Shown here: in pieces, positions 34,732 through 47,224 of the stretch
How positions within the stretch are numbered: the first letter of the stretch is position 1
Layout of the letters: each line of letters opens with the position of its first letter
Source: Clytia hemisphaerica
Taxonomy: Eukaryota
DNA: 64,000 nt
Direction: 5' to 3'
Assembly: GCF_902728285.1 (NCBI RefSeq)
Contig: NW_027103826.1
Span: forward strand, 180,759 to 244,758
Notes under the pieces: model-generated
The model's input: only the letters and a program-made list of their open reading frames with translations
Told to the model about the DNA's origin: nothing
The model's database searches: none
Translations under genes and position numbers: made by a program

Positions 34732-34815
34732 CCGCTGATGGGATTCGAACCCACTATATACAAAGTATCTATGTTCAGAACGCCAGCGCCTTAACCACTC
34801 GGCCATCGAATCACA
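34732..34815 (-). ncRNA. tRNA-like sequence with a class-II-type D-arm (GGCCGAGTGGTTAAGGCG) and canonical T-arm (GTGGGTTCGAATCCCAT). Probably a tRNA pseudogene or SINE head.
   Basis: The D and T arms are canonical, but the 5' segment (GATTCGA) cannot pair with the 3' segment (CAGCGGC) as an acceptor stem, and the anticodon arm is irregular. Confidence 0.3.
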
Positions 34816-36299
34816 ACTACATTAAGGAGTTCAAAGTACTTTATAAACATGATATTTACTCCAAACTCTACCCGGGGGCTAAAACCCTAACCAGGGGTTA
34901 ACTCCCATCCCCAACCCTAGCCCTAACCCTACCTGAAACAACCCTTTCATCTAACCGGGAAATTTGACTCTACTACCAATTCAATCCAAAACATAGGTCA
35001 AACATCGCGCGGGTAGGCGGGGCAAAAATTCTAGATCGGCGGTTGGTTTAGCCTGGACTTGTTAATTTATTGCGCGCACAGGCCTCGACAAAGACAAAAT
35101 CTTTTCGATCAGTTGCTTTTTAAAGGTCCATTCTGCTGCGCGCTGGACCAATTAAGTTTCCCTTCTTATGAGACATATTATTGGCAATTGGTATAATTGG
35201 TAACTGTTTGGTTATCACACGGGCGAATTTACCAAAAACTGAAAATATTTGGGTCGTCTCAAGTAGTTTTATAATAATTTCTTTTAAGTTCATCACATTT
35301 GATTTTAGTGTCTTTTATGGAAGCGCTCCAAAGTAAAAGTTAATCTAAAAATATTTTTGTTGCATTTCTCCCTTTGACTCCCAGTCAGTTCTTTGTTTTG
35401 ATTTTTCTCCCTTCGTTTACCCAGTCCCCCAAAAGTCAACGCGGTCATATTTGCAGACTAGAGAAATATGAAATATCACAATTATTGTTATATGTTCTCG
35501 ACCAATCAAAATGCTTACATTTTTTTGGGTCGGCAATAATAATAGATATAGAGTAAGTTTTCTAGTGTCACATAAAGGTTTTATTTTTACATAAGTGTTA
35601 CCGTCTCATATCAGACACATATTTATCACAGGATGCTGATGTAAACAAAAAAGTTATTCTTTCTCTCTTTCTGAGCATCTTGCTCCACATCCGTGTCAAT
35701 CAAATTCGAAAAAGCTTGTAAATTAAAATTGATGAGTAAGCAAATTATATCAATCTTACCAAAAGCTTTACATTAATTTGAAATTTTAAAATTAGAACAT
35801 AAATACACTCCTGTCTCACTGACCAGGTGAAAATATTATATTAGCCAGCGGGGATAAAGTGCAGAGACTGAATTGAATAAAAATGGGAATGAAAAAGTTT
35901 CTTGCTTTTCTAAATTGAAGATTTATTATCTATAACTCACAGAATTCACTGATGATGATGATTGGTGCCTGAGCACCATGAAACATAGATATTGTGTCAA
36001 CTCTTTATCATAACTCATAAAATTCTATGTTTTACAGTGGTGACGAGGATAAAAGGGTTGAAATTTGTGGGAAATTTTCTCACTGGGGAAGACGATTTCT
36101 TTGGCACATTTTACGGATGAGCAGGGGTCTAAATAAGTCTGTGATAAGGAGTATGATATCGATTCACCGTGTCTTTATAATGACATTTACACAATAGATG
36201 TTAAAATAAGTCACTTGAGAAAACTAAATTTAACGACATACAACATCATTTAACTGAAAATATAAGAATGCAAATATATTATATTTCCAACAAACTCAC

Positions 36300-36460
36300 C
36301 TTTTGGCTCATTAGGTAAATCCATCATATTTCTTTTGTAGAAAAAAACAGTGGGCGATTTGCGTTTGATTTTGCCAGATTGCGAAGCTTGGATTGCTTCT
36401 AGAGATGTGATGCTGACTTTTTTGCCGTAACTGTCGAATCTTTCAATCCAGTCGTATAAT
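36300..36460 (-). CDS. Candidate internal coding exon (LYDWIERFDSYGKKVSITSLEAIQASQSGKIKRKSPTVFFYKRNMMDLPNEPK) with strong splice sites on both sides.
   Basis: Acceptor ccgattttcag and donor GTGAGT flank a 161-nt open frame. The other two frames contain stops. No homology was recognised. Confidence 0.35.
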
Positions 36461-38916
36461 CTGAAAATCGGAATATCTTGAGAAATCAGAGGTTACCAAA
36501 ATAACCAAAATACAGTACGAGGCTGCGCTTATTCAATCTCTAGATTTTAATAAACAGAGTCGATACTTTCAGATTTTACTATAATGCACATGATACAATC
36601 GAATTAGAATGAAAAGGGACACCATATTGGCATATTTTTCTTTCTGATACGATTGTATCATGTCAATCAGTAAAATCAAGAAGTGTTGTAAATGACTTTG
36701 ACATTGCTGAAGTTGAGAGAGTCAGATGACCGTGGACCTCAAGAAAGTAGTCGAAAGACTATTCAAAAGTCCTAAATTATCATCCGCATAAAATATCGAC
36801 TCTGTCCATCAACATCTAGAGAATAAACGAGCGGTTTCGGTAATGATAATTTTATGATGGACATGATATAATCGTATCAGAAACAAACATATGCTCATAT
36901 GCGTCATACCTTGTTTACTCTGAACAAACAATACACCTTTTCGACCGTAGTCGCGCGATCAGGCGCGTGTCACTTAATTATTTAATCATCCCCCTAAACT
37001 CGATCCAATCCTTTTTTCTATTTTGACACATTTTTCTATTGTCTATAGGTGCGAAAAAAGGACTTGAAGGGTTTTAGTGGGATAAAACGGACAAAAGAAT
37101 CCCGCGTGGTAATTGGCGGCTCCGTTCGAAAAGGTGTATTAGTAGAATTTATATCACCGTCACGTGCGCGATATGTACTAGTTATCGCATGACTTCGAGT
37201 GCAATACGAGAAATATTTTACGAGTTCCGAGATTTTTACGTAATATTTTTCCGAGCCTTTAAGCGAGGAAAAATATCAGTAAAATCTCGGAACGAGTAAA
37301 ATATCGAGTATTGCACGAGAAGTCGTGTGATAACTAATTTATTGTCGACTCAAAAAATTGTCCTCTTTTTGTTTTAAAACTTACTTCCGCCCTCTTCTGC
37401 TTCTGTGTAGTTTCGAATGTTTTTATTCGAAAATCTAATTCGAACGCTAGATTCGAACAAAAACATTCGATAACTTCCCGCCGAAAATATTCACACAAAA
37501 ACAAAACTTTTTCGATCATTTTCGATCCAGAAGTTTTGTTTTGAAGAGTTGCAGATATTTCAGAGATGTATTTGAAAGTTTCTAGATTGATAATTCAAAA
37601 TGCAGATGATGTACAGTATTGTTTCGATAGAGGACAAACCCTCCATCACTGGATTAATCAGATTGATAACATTCAGTCTTTTTCTATGTTTTTGTTTCGA
37701 TGACATGGCCATGGGAAAGAATAGCAGAGGAAAGGAGTCCCACGATGGAAATGTATGCTTGTAATAATGGTTAAAGAACAACATTTTTTCAACAGCAATA
37801 CAATTTGGATACTTTTTTGATTATCTTCAAGCTCTAAATGTTTCGAATTTTAGAAGGAAGATGTAATGATTGTTGAGTTGAAAAGTCAAGGACGTATATA
37901 GTCGTAGACTACGTTGTTGTCGAGAACGAGAATTAGGAGAGAACTTTTATAAAAATCACTCGTCATTTGGTTTAATACAAGACATTTCACTTTCCTTGTT
38001 ATGTTATGTTATGGGAAATTTTATTGGCAAATATTCAAGAATCTCAAGTTTTTTTCGTATGCATTGATAAAAAACTGTTTGGTTATCACAAATTTGCCAA
38101 AAGTTGAAAATATTTGGGTCGTGTCAAGTAGTTTTATAATAATAAATTCTTAGTTCATCAGATTTGATTTTAGTGTCTTTTATGAAAGAACTCCAAAGTA
38201 AAAGTTAAACATATTTTTGTTGCGTTTTTCCCTTTGATTCCCAAGCCAGTTTCTCCTCCGAAAGTCAGTTCTTTTCGGCTGTTTTGTTTTGATTTTTCTC
38301 CCGCCGCTTACCCAGTCCCCCAAAAGTCAACGCGGTCATATTTCCAGACTAAAGAAATATGAAATATCGCAAATATCTCGATGCTCTCGACCAATCAAAA
38401 CGCTGATATGGGTCGGCAATAAGATTCTTATAGTCATTCCTCACAGGTTGATTTCAGAGAAAGCCAAACGGTTATGTACATGGTATTCTGTGCATGTCAC
38501 GCTCTGCTCTAAAGAGTCCACCCTTGTTTTTACCACACTATAAGAAAGCCGCAGCTGGAATATGTCCCGTATTGTCTTTTCAGTTAGTTGCTATCTATCT
38601 CTGTCTCCGAGCTTTATAAGAACATCAAGATTGTCAGTTTATCATCGGTTGATAATTTTTGAAATTTCTTTCTTATTTATCTTCACAAAAAGTTTTTTTA
38701 TTGCTAGATATCTTTGAATCTGTACCCAATAGAACACTTGAACTGATTTTGGACAGTTTTTCGCCAAAATTAAAATTATAAGAACTATATTCAAGATGAC
38801 AACTTTCCTGTCAGTTTGAATGATAAATTTTGAAGGTGCTGGCTTTAAATCTTCACAGAATTATCTTGATGTACTATTTCATTGATTTCTAAAAAAATTT
38901 CACTGAAATGTTGTAC

Positions 38917-39208
38917 TCTTAGGTGCCAAATAAACGGGGGGGGGGGGGTTAAAAAAGTTTTTCAAATTAAATAAACGGGGGGGACCTAATTACCGGGGGG
39001 TTGGAAAATGGACCTTTAAAAACCCTAAAAAGGGTCAAAATAGACTAAATTTAGGCTTTTTAGAGTAAAACAAGGAATTTTCCTTTTTGTAGCTGGGAAT
39101 TTTTTCAAAAATTAATAAACGGGGGGGGGGTCCTAATAAGGTCCGGGGGGTTGGAAAAAAATCGAAAAATTAACAAGCGGGGGGGGCGTTTATTTGGCAC
39201 CTAAGAGT
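38917..39208. mobile_element. About 290-bp MITE with terminal inverted repeats ctcttaggtgccaaataaacggggggg … ccccccgcttgttaa…/cgtttatttggcacctaagag, inserted with an apparent TA target duplication into a copy of another repeat.
   Basis: The empty site is seen in the paralogous repeat copy at about 24345 (gaaatattgtgaaggcatttcg), versus gaaatgttgta[MITE]taaaggcatttcg here. Confidence 0.7.
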
Positions 39209-41907
39209 AAAGGCATTTCGAGGCACTTTATTAATTTTTGAGTTCTTTCAGCCCAGCCATCTTGTGCTTGTTTAAATTTCTTAATGTTGATCTTTCCATA
39301 GAGGTATAAAGAAAGACAGGAGATGAATTTGTCGGTAATTGGTCGTTAAAGTCTTTTGATTTCTTTTATGTAATAAATCAAAAGAAATTCTAGGCTCGCC
39401 CGAAGAAATACGACTTTTTAGTAGAACTCAAGTTTGCTCTGATCTGAACATTCTTACTATCAGTATCAGCATCGAAGATTTCTAGCCTTCTAATATACGA
39501 AAATAAAATAAAGTTTAGCTCCACGAAATAAGTTTGCGTTCAATTTTGTCATCCATTAAATATTGTTTTGAAAAGATATTTTCTCCAGCCAGAAAATAAA
39601 AAGTTATGTATAAGCACACACAATTTCAGACCCAATTTGTAGACAAAAAGTCGCTGGAGGTTGTTGGAGGAAAGTATTAAGCAATAGAGTTCACCTTGAA
39701 GAAAATGTTGATCGAAAAATTTTGTCCTTTGATGAAGGATTGCAAAGTTTACAGGCCTTTTTTTAATCCAAATATTTTCTTACACCAATGTCAGAAACAA
39801 TAAATCTCGTCTCATCTTATTTCCAACACTTAAGTTAGCCAATAAGATTTCACCTATCAACAAAAGAGCTCATTAAAAATGCACGATATATGAGATTATG
39901 AGCATGCATACCTCGTAATTTTTTTAATCGTAGGGCGAGCATGGTTACAATGATCTTTCCTGCAAAATGATTTTATAATGCAAGTGTATTATCAACGGCA
40001 TATCATTAATGTCTAAAACGCACTGAGAATTTTAAGTAGTAACGACAAACCAATAAAATTTACCATTAAAGATGCTACATTACTGATTTCTTGAACAACA
40101 AATAGTCATCAAATACGACAGAGATAGAACAACAGAAATTCAGATGTTTTCATCCCAGCCGCGGCTTTCTTATACGTACTATGTTTTTACCAATATGCGT
40201 AAATTCCCAACAGGGATGTGGGCAGGAATGCTTTGTAGTTTCACAAGAGCGGTGAAGGAAAACACTATAAATCAGATTTCGCAAAGGCTCAATAAGGAGA
40301 AAAATGAATTTTCTTTTAGCAAGAGTCATGCTCTACTTACTGAGGCTGCTCAAAACCATTTTCTGGTAAAAACTTATCCTGCACCCAACCATATCGATCT
40401 GTTCGAAGTCCCAAAAACCATGGCATGTACACGATATCGTCCCGACATTTATCAATCTGATTCAAACAAGTTTTTTGGATTTCTTCGCAATTTTTGCTCT
40501 CGTCAGCTAAAACTCCCCATCGAAGATCAACTGGTATAACTCGAATGAATTTGGAAGTTAATTTTCGATTGATGCTTGGAATGACACGTTGTACCTTTGG
40601 AAAACAATTGTAAAACTTGTGATTTGCGACTAAGAACTATCGTGAAAAGCACAGGTCGAAATCATATGTCGACGCTGTGACGACCAATCCAGATTCTATT
40701 CAGCGCGCAATCAACGAAGAGAAAAGTAACCATGACGACCATCCAAGATCTTGGATGAAGTTCAAAGTTGATATTTTTATTCCAGTTGTTGAAAACACAA
40801 CTCAAAAATGTAATCGATGCTTTTTAAAAAGAGTCAATGATAACTTAAAGTCTGTCTATTAATTCGATTCAATTAAAGTGACATTTCCATAATTAAAAGT
40901 TTAGTAATTACTGTTATACATTTGGGGATCATGTAAAAGATTTCTTTTGAAAGAAACTCATTTCACTTACACTTGGAGGTTTCTGGGGAATTCGTAAATA
41001 GTTAATTGCATACTGATACAGTCTGCTAGACATTAATATGGTAATATTTGCTCTTCATCTTTGATTTTTTCTACAGTGATTAGATTGACACATGCGCGAT
41101 AAAATTTCTATTATTGGTCCTCAGAGAATGAAATATTCCCAACCTCTGATACTCAGGGTAACTAAGAACGCATAGCCCAAAGTGGGTGTACCGATTCTAT
41201 TGTGAGTATATCATATACCTACCTCATTAATTTGATGAAGTGGTCCTAGTGTTTAAAAAAACTAACAAATGATTCGTACTAGAAGAGGTGGGGTTTTTTT
41301 TCGTTTGGAATAATAATGTTAATAGCTCCTGAAATCATGGAGGTGTAAACTTTTATTTAGCTCGTTCAAAATTGAATCAATTTTCGTTATCAATAAATGT
41401 GCTAACATGAGGAGGATCTTGAGAGCCAAATTTCATTCAAATATACCAACTAGATTGCATCCCCTTCTCACAAACCCACTGCACTGGGAACCCTTCTTAC
41501 TGAAAAAATTAAAAATTATCCTCCAATTTTTTGCTCCACTGAAAATAATCAAATAAACCAATCCTCACTGTAAAATATTATGCTATTTTTTCCATCGTCA
41601 CTGAATTTACTGACTTAAAAACAAAAGAAATTAAATCCCCGGTCATAAAAATTATGGGAATATCGATCCCCATCGAGTTTCAATCCGTTATTTTTACTCC
41701 CACTGGCTGTAAAAAACCTACAGGGTCTATGAGAAGAGGGTGTTAGATTAAAAGTTAAATGGTTGTCTAGGGTTGCACATGTAGGAAAAAACCTGAACCC
41801 GAACCTGAACCTGGTTCTGAACCACTGAAAAAAGGCTAGTATGAGAAGGGTTAAGATATGATCAATATTTTCATATTTGTTCAAATTAGTTTGTTTACAT
41901 ACCAAGA

Positions 41908-42046
41908 TATCTCTTTCAGAATGTGTATCAATGAAAGTAGACGAAATGAAAAGTCGGATTTCAATCCAAGTTCCAACTTGACGTTCTTTTGCTTTCTCTT
42001 TTATTGCTTCGTGGTGAATCAAATTTTGAGATAACCATTCGTCCAA
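41908..42046 (-). CDS. Candidate 5' coding exon with a DUF4062/TIR-like motif (MDEWLSQNLIHHEAIKEKAKERQVGTWIEIRLFISSTFIDTHSERDIL). Either the first coding exon of the NWD-like gene, across a >9 kb intron, or a separate gene.
   Basis: It starts with ATG and ends at a consensus donor (CTTG|GTATGT). hFISSTFxDxxxERD is the N-terminal signature of DUF4062, the domain that precedes NACHT in NWD1/NWD2-type proteins. Downstream sequence in the same frame reads into a MITE. Confidence 0.45.
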
Positions 42047-42154
42047 TGAAATTTCTTCTACCTAGGGAACGTGTAAGGTTAAATTAACCAGGTTTTCTTT
42101 TGCACTTGATGGCCATTAAAGCATGATCAGAGTGGGTTTGCGAGCTACTTAAAA

Positions 42155-42849
42155 GGGCTCTGACCACAGTGAATTTTTCATAATTGCCGTGTTTAAAATG
42201 TGTTTTCTGACTGATGTAACCAACAAAACTATGGCATGTTATACATTTTCTGTTAGACAAACTATTCCTGAATCTGAAAATTCAAAAATTGCATTGAAAA
42301 AATTTGACGAAGAAGAAAATGAAGACTTTTGCGAGGAAGAGTATTTCAACTTGGAAGAGCTTAGTTTCGGCGAAGAAAAAACATTTTGAAAACATTTTCG
42401 CAGTAGATGGTGTATCTTTTGCCGAACAAAATACCGAAAATTTTTGTAAATGCTTCTTTGTCTCGAAATCTTCAAAATAGTGGTTTTCATCAATTTTTCA
42501 TCTGGATTTTGCTTAAAAAAACATTCATAACTTTTGACACATCGTTTTAGAAAAATGTTCCGCAAAATTTAAAATAGTTCAATTCTTTGCGGACAGTGTA
42601 AAGAAATTTTGAAACAAAAAAGTTAATTACCCATTAAAACTAAGCACTTTTTGTAAAAGAGGGTGATGTAACATATTATTAACATCTTTTTAAAGTTCAT
42701 AACATCCTTTTTGCAATTAAATTCTTAATTACTCTTTCGATTAAAAAGCAATTTATAAAGGCAATTCTTTGTTAAAAGTGTTAAGGAACCTGAAATATAA
42801 CTGTTATGTTCAAATACCAAAATCAATTTTTGGACTATGGTCAGAGCCC
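42155..42849 (+). mobile_element. About 700-bp MITE, copy 2. Same family as 33923-34622. Carries the same 66-aa ORF at 42189..42389.
   Basis: Same terminal inverted repeats, TTAA at both ends, and an ORF differing by a single residue (F54L). Confidence 0.75.
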
Positions 42850-42949
42850 TTAAGAAAGATTGAAAGTTCTGGGTCTATGAGTAAGTCTATGAGTAATACA
42901 ATGACTTCAGACATTTGGCATCAATCATTCCTGGAAAATCTAACCTAGT

Positions 42950-43085
42950 CCCCTAGCGACGGTAGTGCAATGGTAGAGCATCCGACTACGGTGCGCAAGG
43001 TTGTGGGTTTAACCCCCAGCCAGGTCTTACCAAAGATGTCCAAAATGGTATTTGATGTCTCTCTGCCTGATCCTCTAGCAAAAAC
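42950..43085 (+). mobile_element. tRNA-derived SINE copy. A tRNA-like head (D-arm TAGTGCAATGGTAGAGCA, T-arm-like GGTTGTGGGTTTAACCCCC) is followed by a conserved body (…ACCAAAGA..AAAATGGTA.TTGA.G…CTAGC).
   Basis: The acceptor stem does not pair, so it is not a functional tRNA. Same family as the minus-strand copy at 60280-60420. Confidence 0.6.
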
Positions 43086-45959
43086 GGTTTCTTAAATAGA
43101 TGACGTATATAGGAAGTATATCTATGGAGGTCTGCGATTCAGACTGAGTCCCCTCAAGCTTCAAGGGTCGACATATGTATGTCCCTTTCGAAGTATATCA
43201 CTATCACACCAAAGGAGTTCTATCAATCACGTAGCACGCTTTTTGAAATTATATTTCATACCATCATGCCTAAAAAACACTTTTTTTAACAAGTCTTCAG
43301 TTAACCATGATACACGTTTTTTTCATAATAAAAAACTATGTAAGAACATAAAGCTTCAATGGCAAGAATGGCAAGAATGGTAAGAATGAGTTAAGAACAT
43401 TTTAAAGGCTTTGCAGACTCTAAAAAAGCCAATTTCTTAGGAAAATGGACAAAAATACATAAAGAATAGGGAAAATAACAACATGTTAAGAACATTTTTA
43501 GGCTTGAAACTCAAAAAGTTAAGAACATCTGAAGGCTTCGCAAATTTTACACGTTCTAATAAAAAAACGTATATTAAGAACAAGTTAAGAACATTTTAAC
43601 CCTATTCAACCTAGGCTTTTAGGGGTGGTCCAAACCTAGGGGGGGGGCTTTTCCTGTACCACCCCTTAACTTTTGATCTAGTGGGTCTTTTTGGATGAAA
43701 TTTGGCACATAAGATCCTTGTCACATAAGGTAACTTTTGACAAAAAGTTTTTTTGATGACGTCACCCATCATGCCCAAAGTGAGCAAAAACCGAAAATTT
43801 CCTTTGTTCTCATAAATAGCTATTGTATTCTAACAAAGGCTTTAAAAAAAAGTTGCCTGAGTTTAAAAGGCTTATTTTATCCTAAATATTCAATAAATTA
43901 CGGTTTAAACGATATATATTTGACATGAATCATAAATTTGTATTGGAAAAGTGTCAATTTTTATGACACCCTACTGTCAGAAATGTCATCATGCTCAAGG
44001 TGTGAAATTTTTTAGAAGTCAATTCTTTTTTATTTTGAAGCTAAATAAAAGTTAGGAATTTACAGAAAATTTCATGGCAAAAGCTATATTATTTCAGGAG
44101 CTATTACCAATAATTTGACCTCCGAACAGGAACAGCCCCCCCCCCTAGAACGAATAGGGTTAAGGCTTTGTGGATTCTAAAACAGCCAATTCTTTTAGAT
44201 AAATGGACAAAAATAAAACTCACAGAAGAGTAAAAATAAAATCAAGTTAAGAACATTTCTAGCCTTAAAACTCAGAACAGTTACAAGGCTTCAGAAATTT
44301 TGGACGTTCTCAGAAAAAAAACGCGTACCGGTTGATTAGCAGGAGCTGTCAATTCTTCGCCTGTTTGTTGATGATTGTTGGAGGAAGATCCAGTGTTGGT
44401 AAATCTCCTGTCAGAAAGACTTTCTCCAGGGTTTAAAAGTGCTGACTGGCATTTCTTCTTATTACTCGAAACAATGGAACCCATTTTTCAAATGAAAAAC
44501 TCGTGGTTAAATATCTAATCCCTTCAATGGATGTCTATGTTAAGTAACTAACTAAATACAACATTTGAACATGATTTTAAAGGAAACCATTTCACAGTAT
44601 CTCCTTCCATTTGCTTACACAGCATATTTTTTAACCAATGAAACAAACCAATCTCTCTTATCCCCAATCATGGTCGTAATATTTGAGAAAAAAGGGAAAT
44701 TTACCGGGAAGTTTTGAAACCACAATCGATTTGTAAGTGCTCTAAAGTAGGTTGGAAGGGTCGAGTTTTAACTCTGACTTTTAACATGAGACTTAAGACT
44801 TAGTCTGACCTTAGGATCTCAGGATCCAAGAGTTCAAAAATGGTCCAATAAGGCTAATAATATAGCCTAGAAGTCTATGGTTGGAAGGGTCGAGTTTTAA
44901 CTCTGACTTTTAACATGAGACTTAAGACTTAGTCTGACCTTAGGATCTCAGGATCCAAGAGTTCAAAAATGGTCCAATAAGGCTAAAAAGGTTAAAAACC
45001 TGAGCCAAATTGAAATCTCCGATTAAATTTAAGAGATGGCTCAAAATCGACTTTCTCGCCCGAACTCAAAATTTCGAAAAACGAGGAAATAAGCTTAATT
45101 ATTCTCAATTATGAGAGATTATTTTTGTTTACTCTGCTTTGTTAGCAGCATATAAGGCCCACCTCATTTCTACGTTATACTGTAAAAAAACAAAAATATC
45201 TTTGATAAAAAAAATGAAAAAAACGTTGTACATTCTTCTTCGCAATTGCAATGTCTTAAGCCAAAATGTTATTTTTTTCACTCTCTTTTACTCTAAGTTA
45301 CGAGTGAATTATATTCAAAATTCAAACATTGATATGAAAAAAGCCATACCATTGTATCTAGGAGCTGTTTATTTTGTTTTTTATTATAATGTTTGTTTTT
45401 ATAGTCTATTCGATACATATCTGATATACGTTTATTTATAAGAACTTCAAATCTTCTTAATTAAGGCTTTGGATTTTCTTAACTTTCTACGTTTTAAGTC
45501 TTAAAATGTTCTGAAGGTATTTTTAGTTTCAACCTTTTTACCGGTATCTTTTGAGAAGTTGTATGCATTCTTCGAATACACCCCTTCTATGGCGCGCCAA
45601 AAAGGTTTTTAATACACCAACTTTTTTTTCGATACCAACTTTTTTTTTTATCAATATCAACATTTTTTTTTCGATACAAACTTTCTTTCCGATACCAACT
45701 CTTTCTTTTTTTCAATACCGACTTTTTTTTTAATACCAACTTTTTTTTAAAACCAACATTTTTTATTACAATACCAAAGTTGTACAATACAAACTTTTGC
45801 CTCGATGAGTAACCATTCAAGTGTAAATGGATTCTTAATAAAATACAAGAACGAGGAAGATGGTGCGGAAGCGCATGCGTGGAATTCGTGGATCAAAAAA
45901 GAGCTGTCTGGATTAATTTTGCCTATCCGATAAGATCGGCATCTTTTATTTCAAAAAAA

Positions 45960-46800
45960 GAAGCATTTGAGTAAAAAAGAAAACTCTCACACCACTATGC
46001 TTATAAATAAACGTTACCAAAAACAACATCAAAACAATACAAAATATGCTTATAAAATACATCCACAATATATAGTTACCAACAACCACACCATTATGCT
46101 TATAAATAAGCGTTACGAAAAACAACATCAAAAAAATCCACAATATATAGTTACCAACAACCACACCATTATGCTTATAAATAAAAGTTACCAACAACCA
46201 CACCATTATGCTTATAAATAAACGTCACCAAAAACAACATCAAAACAATACAAAATATACCAACAAAAACAATACAAAATATCGATAACATATCAACAAC
46301 ACACAATTATGCCTATAAAAGTTACCAACAACCACACCACTATGCTTATAAATAAAAGTTACCAACAACCACACCATTATGCTTATAAATAAACGTCACC
46401 AAAAACAACATCAAAACAATACAAAATATACCAACAAAACCAATACAAAATATCGATAACATATCAACAACACACCATTATGCCTATAAAAGTTACCAAC
46501 AACAGCACCACTATGCTTATAAATAAACGTTACCAAAAACAACGTAAAAACAATACAAAATATGCTTATAAAATACACTCACAATATACAGTTACCAACA
46601 ACCACACCATTATGCTTATAAATAAACGTTACCAAAAACAACATCAAAACAATACAAAATATACTTATAAAACACACCCACAATATATAGGAAAACAACC
46701 CCAAAAACGACGTAAGCCGATAACCAACAACACATCATTATGCCTATAAAAGTTACCAAAAAACCACACTACTATGCCTATAAATAAAAGTTACCAACAA
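45960..46800. repeat. AC-rich minisatellite with units of about 60-120 bp (…accacaccattatgcttataaataaacgttaccaaaaacaacatcaaaacaatacaaaatat…).
   Basis: Direct tandem repetition. The overlapping ORFs on both strands are translation artefacts. Confidence 0.8.
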
Positions 46801-47224
46801 CGAATATACCTATCAATACTTAAATACTTAAATTATAAGATACAACATCAGAACAAAAGCTTATAAAACAAACAACACCAATTTACAACACAAATACAAA
46901 AATATCAAAATAAATACACCTAAGATACTCCTCCTACAAACAAAATACAAAGATATGCTTACATAAAAATACACAACATATGCTTTCTAAAAAAATGTAA
47001 TCTTCATAAACTAGAATTTATAAGAAACCACTTTCAAAAACGCAATAGAATAAACGAGTCCTAACGCCCATATAAATAAATAACAAGACGACTCGGAAGT
47101 CGAAAATTTCGCATAATATTCGAAATGAGAAAAATTGACCATAAAATAACGAGGTCAAGGGGGGGGGGTATCTGCTGTACAACGACGTGTTAAACGTGAT
47201 GCATGAAGAATATTGTACACGAGG

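Larger units (their letters stand above)
33700..35560. repeat. Segmental duplication, copy A. It is paralogous to 37800-38430 (copy B) but carries about 1.3 kb of extra sequence: the 700-bp MITE, the tRNA-like sequence and a telomere-like tract.
   Basis: Blocks 33760-33900 match 37830-37990 and 35180-35530 match 38020-38430 at about 85-90% identity. Both copies contain …cccagtcccccaaaagtcaacgcggtcatatttgcagact.gagaaatatgaaatatc…ctcgaccaatcaaaa. Confidence 0.6.

Noticed and set aside
34732-34815. Possible functional class II tRNA (Ser or Leu-like D-arm and perfect T-arm GGTTCGAATCC).
   Set aside because: The 5' seven nucleotides (GATTCGA) cannot pair with the 3' seven (CAGCGGC), and no anticodon stem with a 7-nt loop can be drawn. 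Called only as tRNA-like or pseudogene.
45946-46749. Multiple ORFs of 84-89 aa on both strands with repetitive peptides (…MLINKRYQKQHQNNTKYAYK…).
   Set aside because: These are translations of the AC-rich minisatellite. The repeats are in the DNA, not a repetitive protein.
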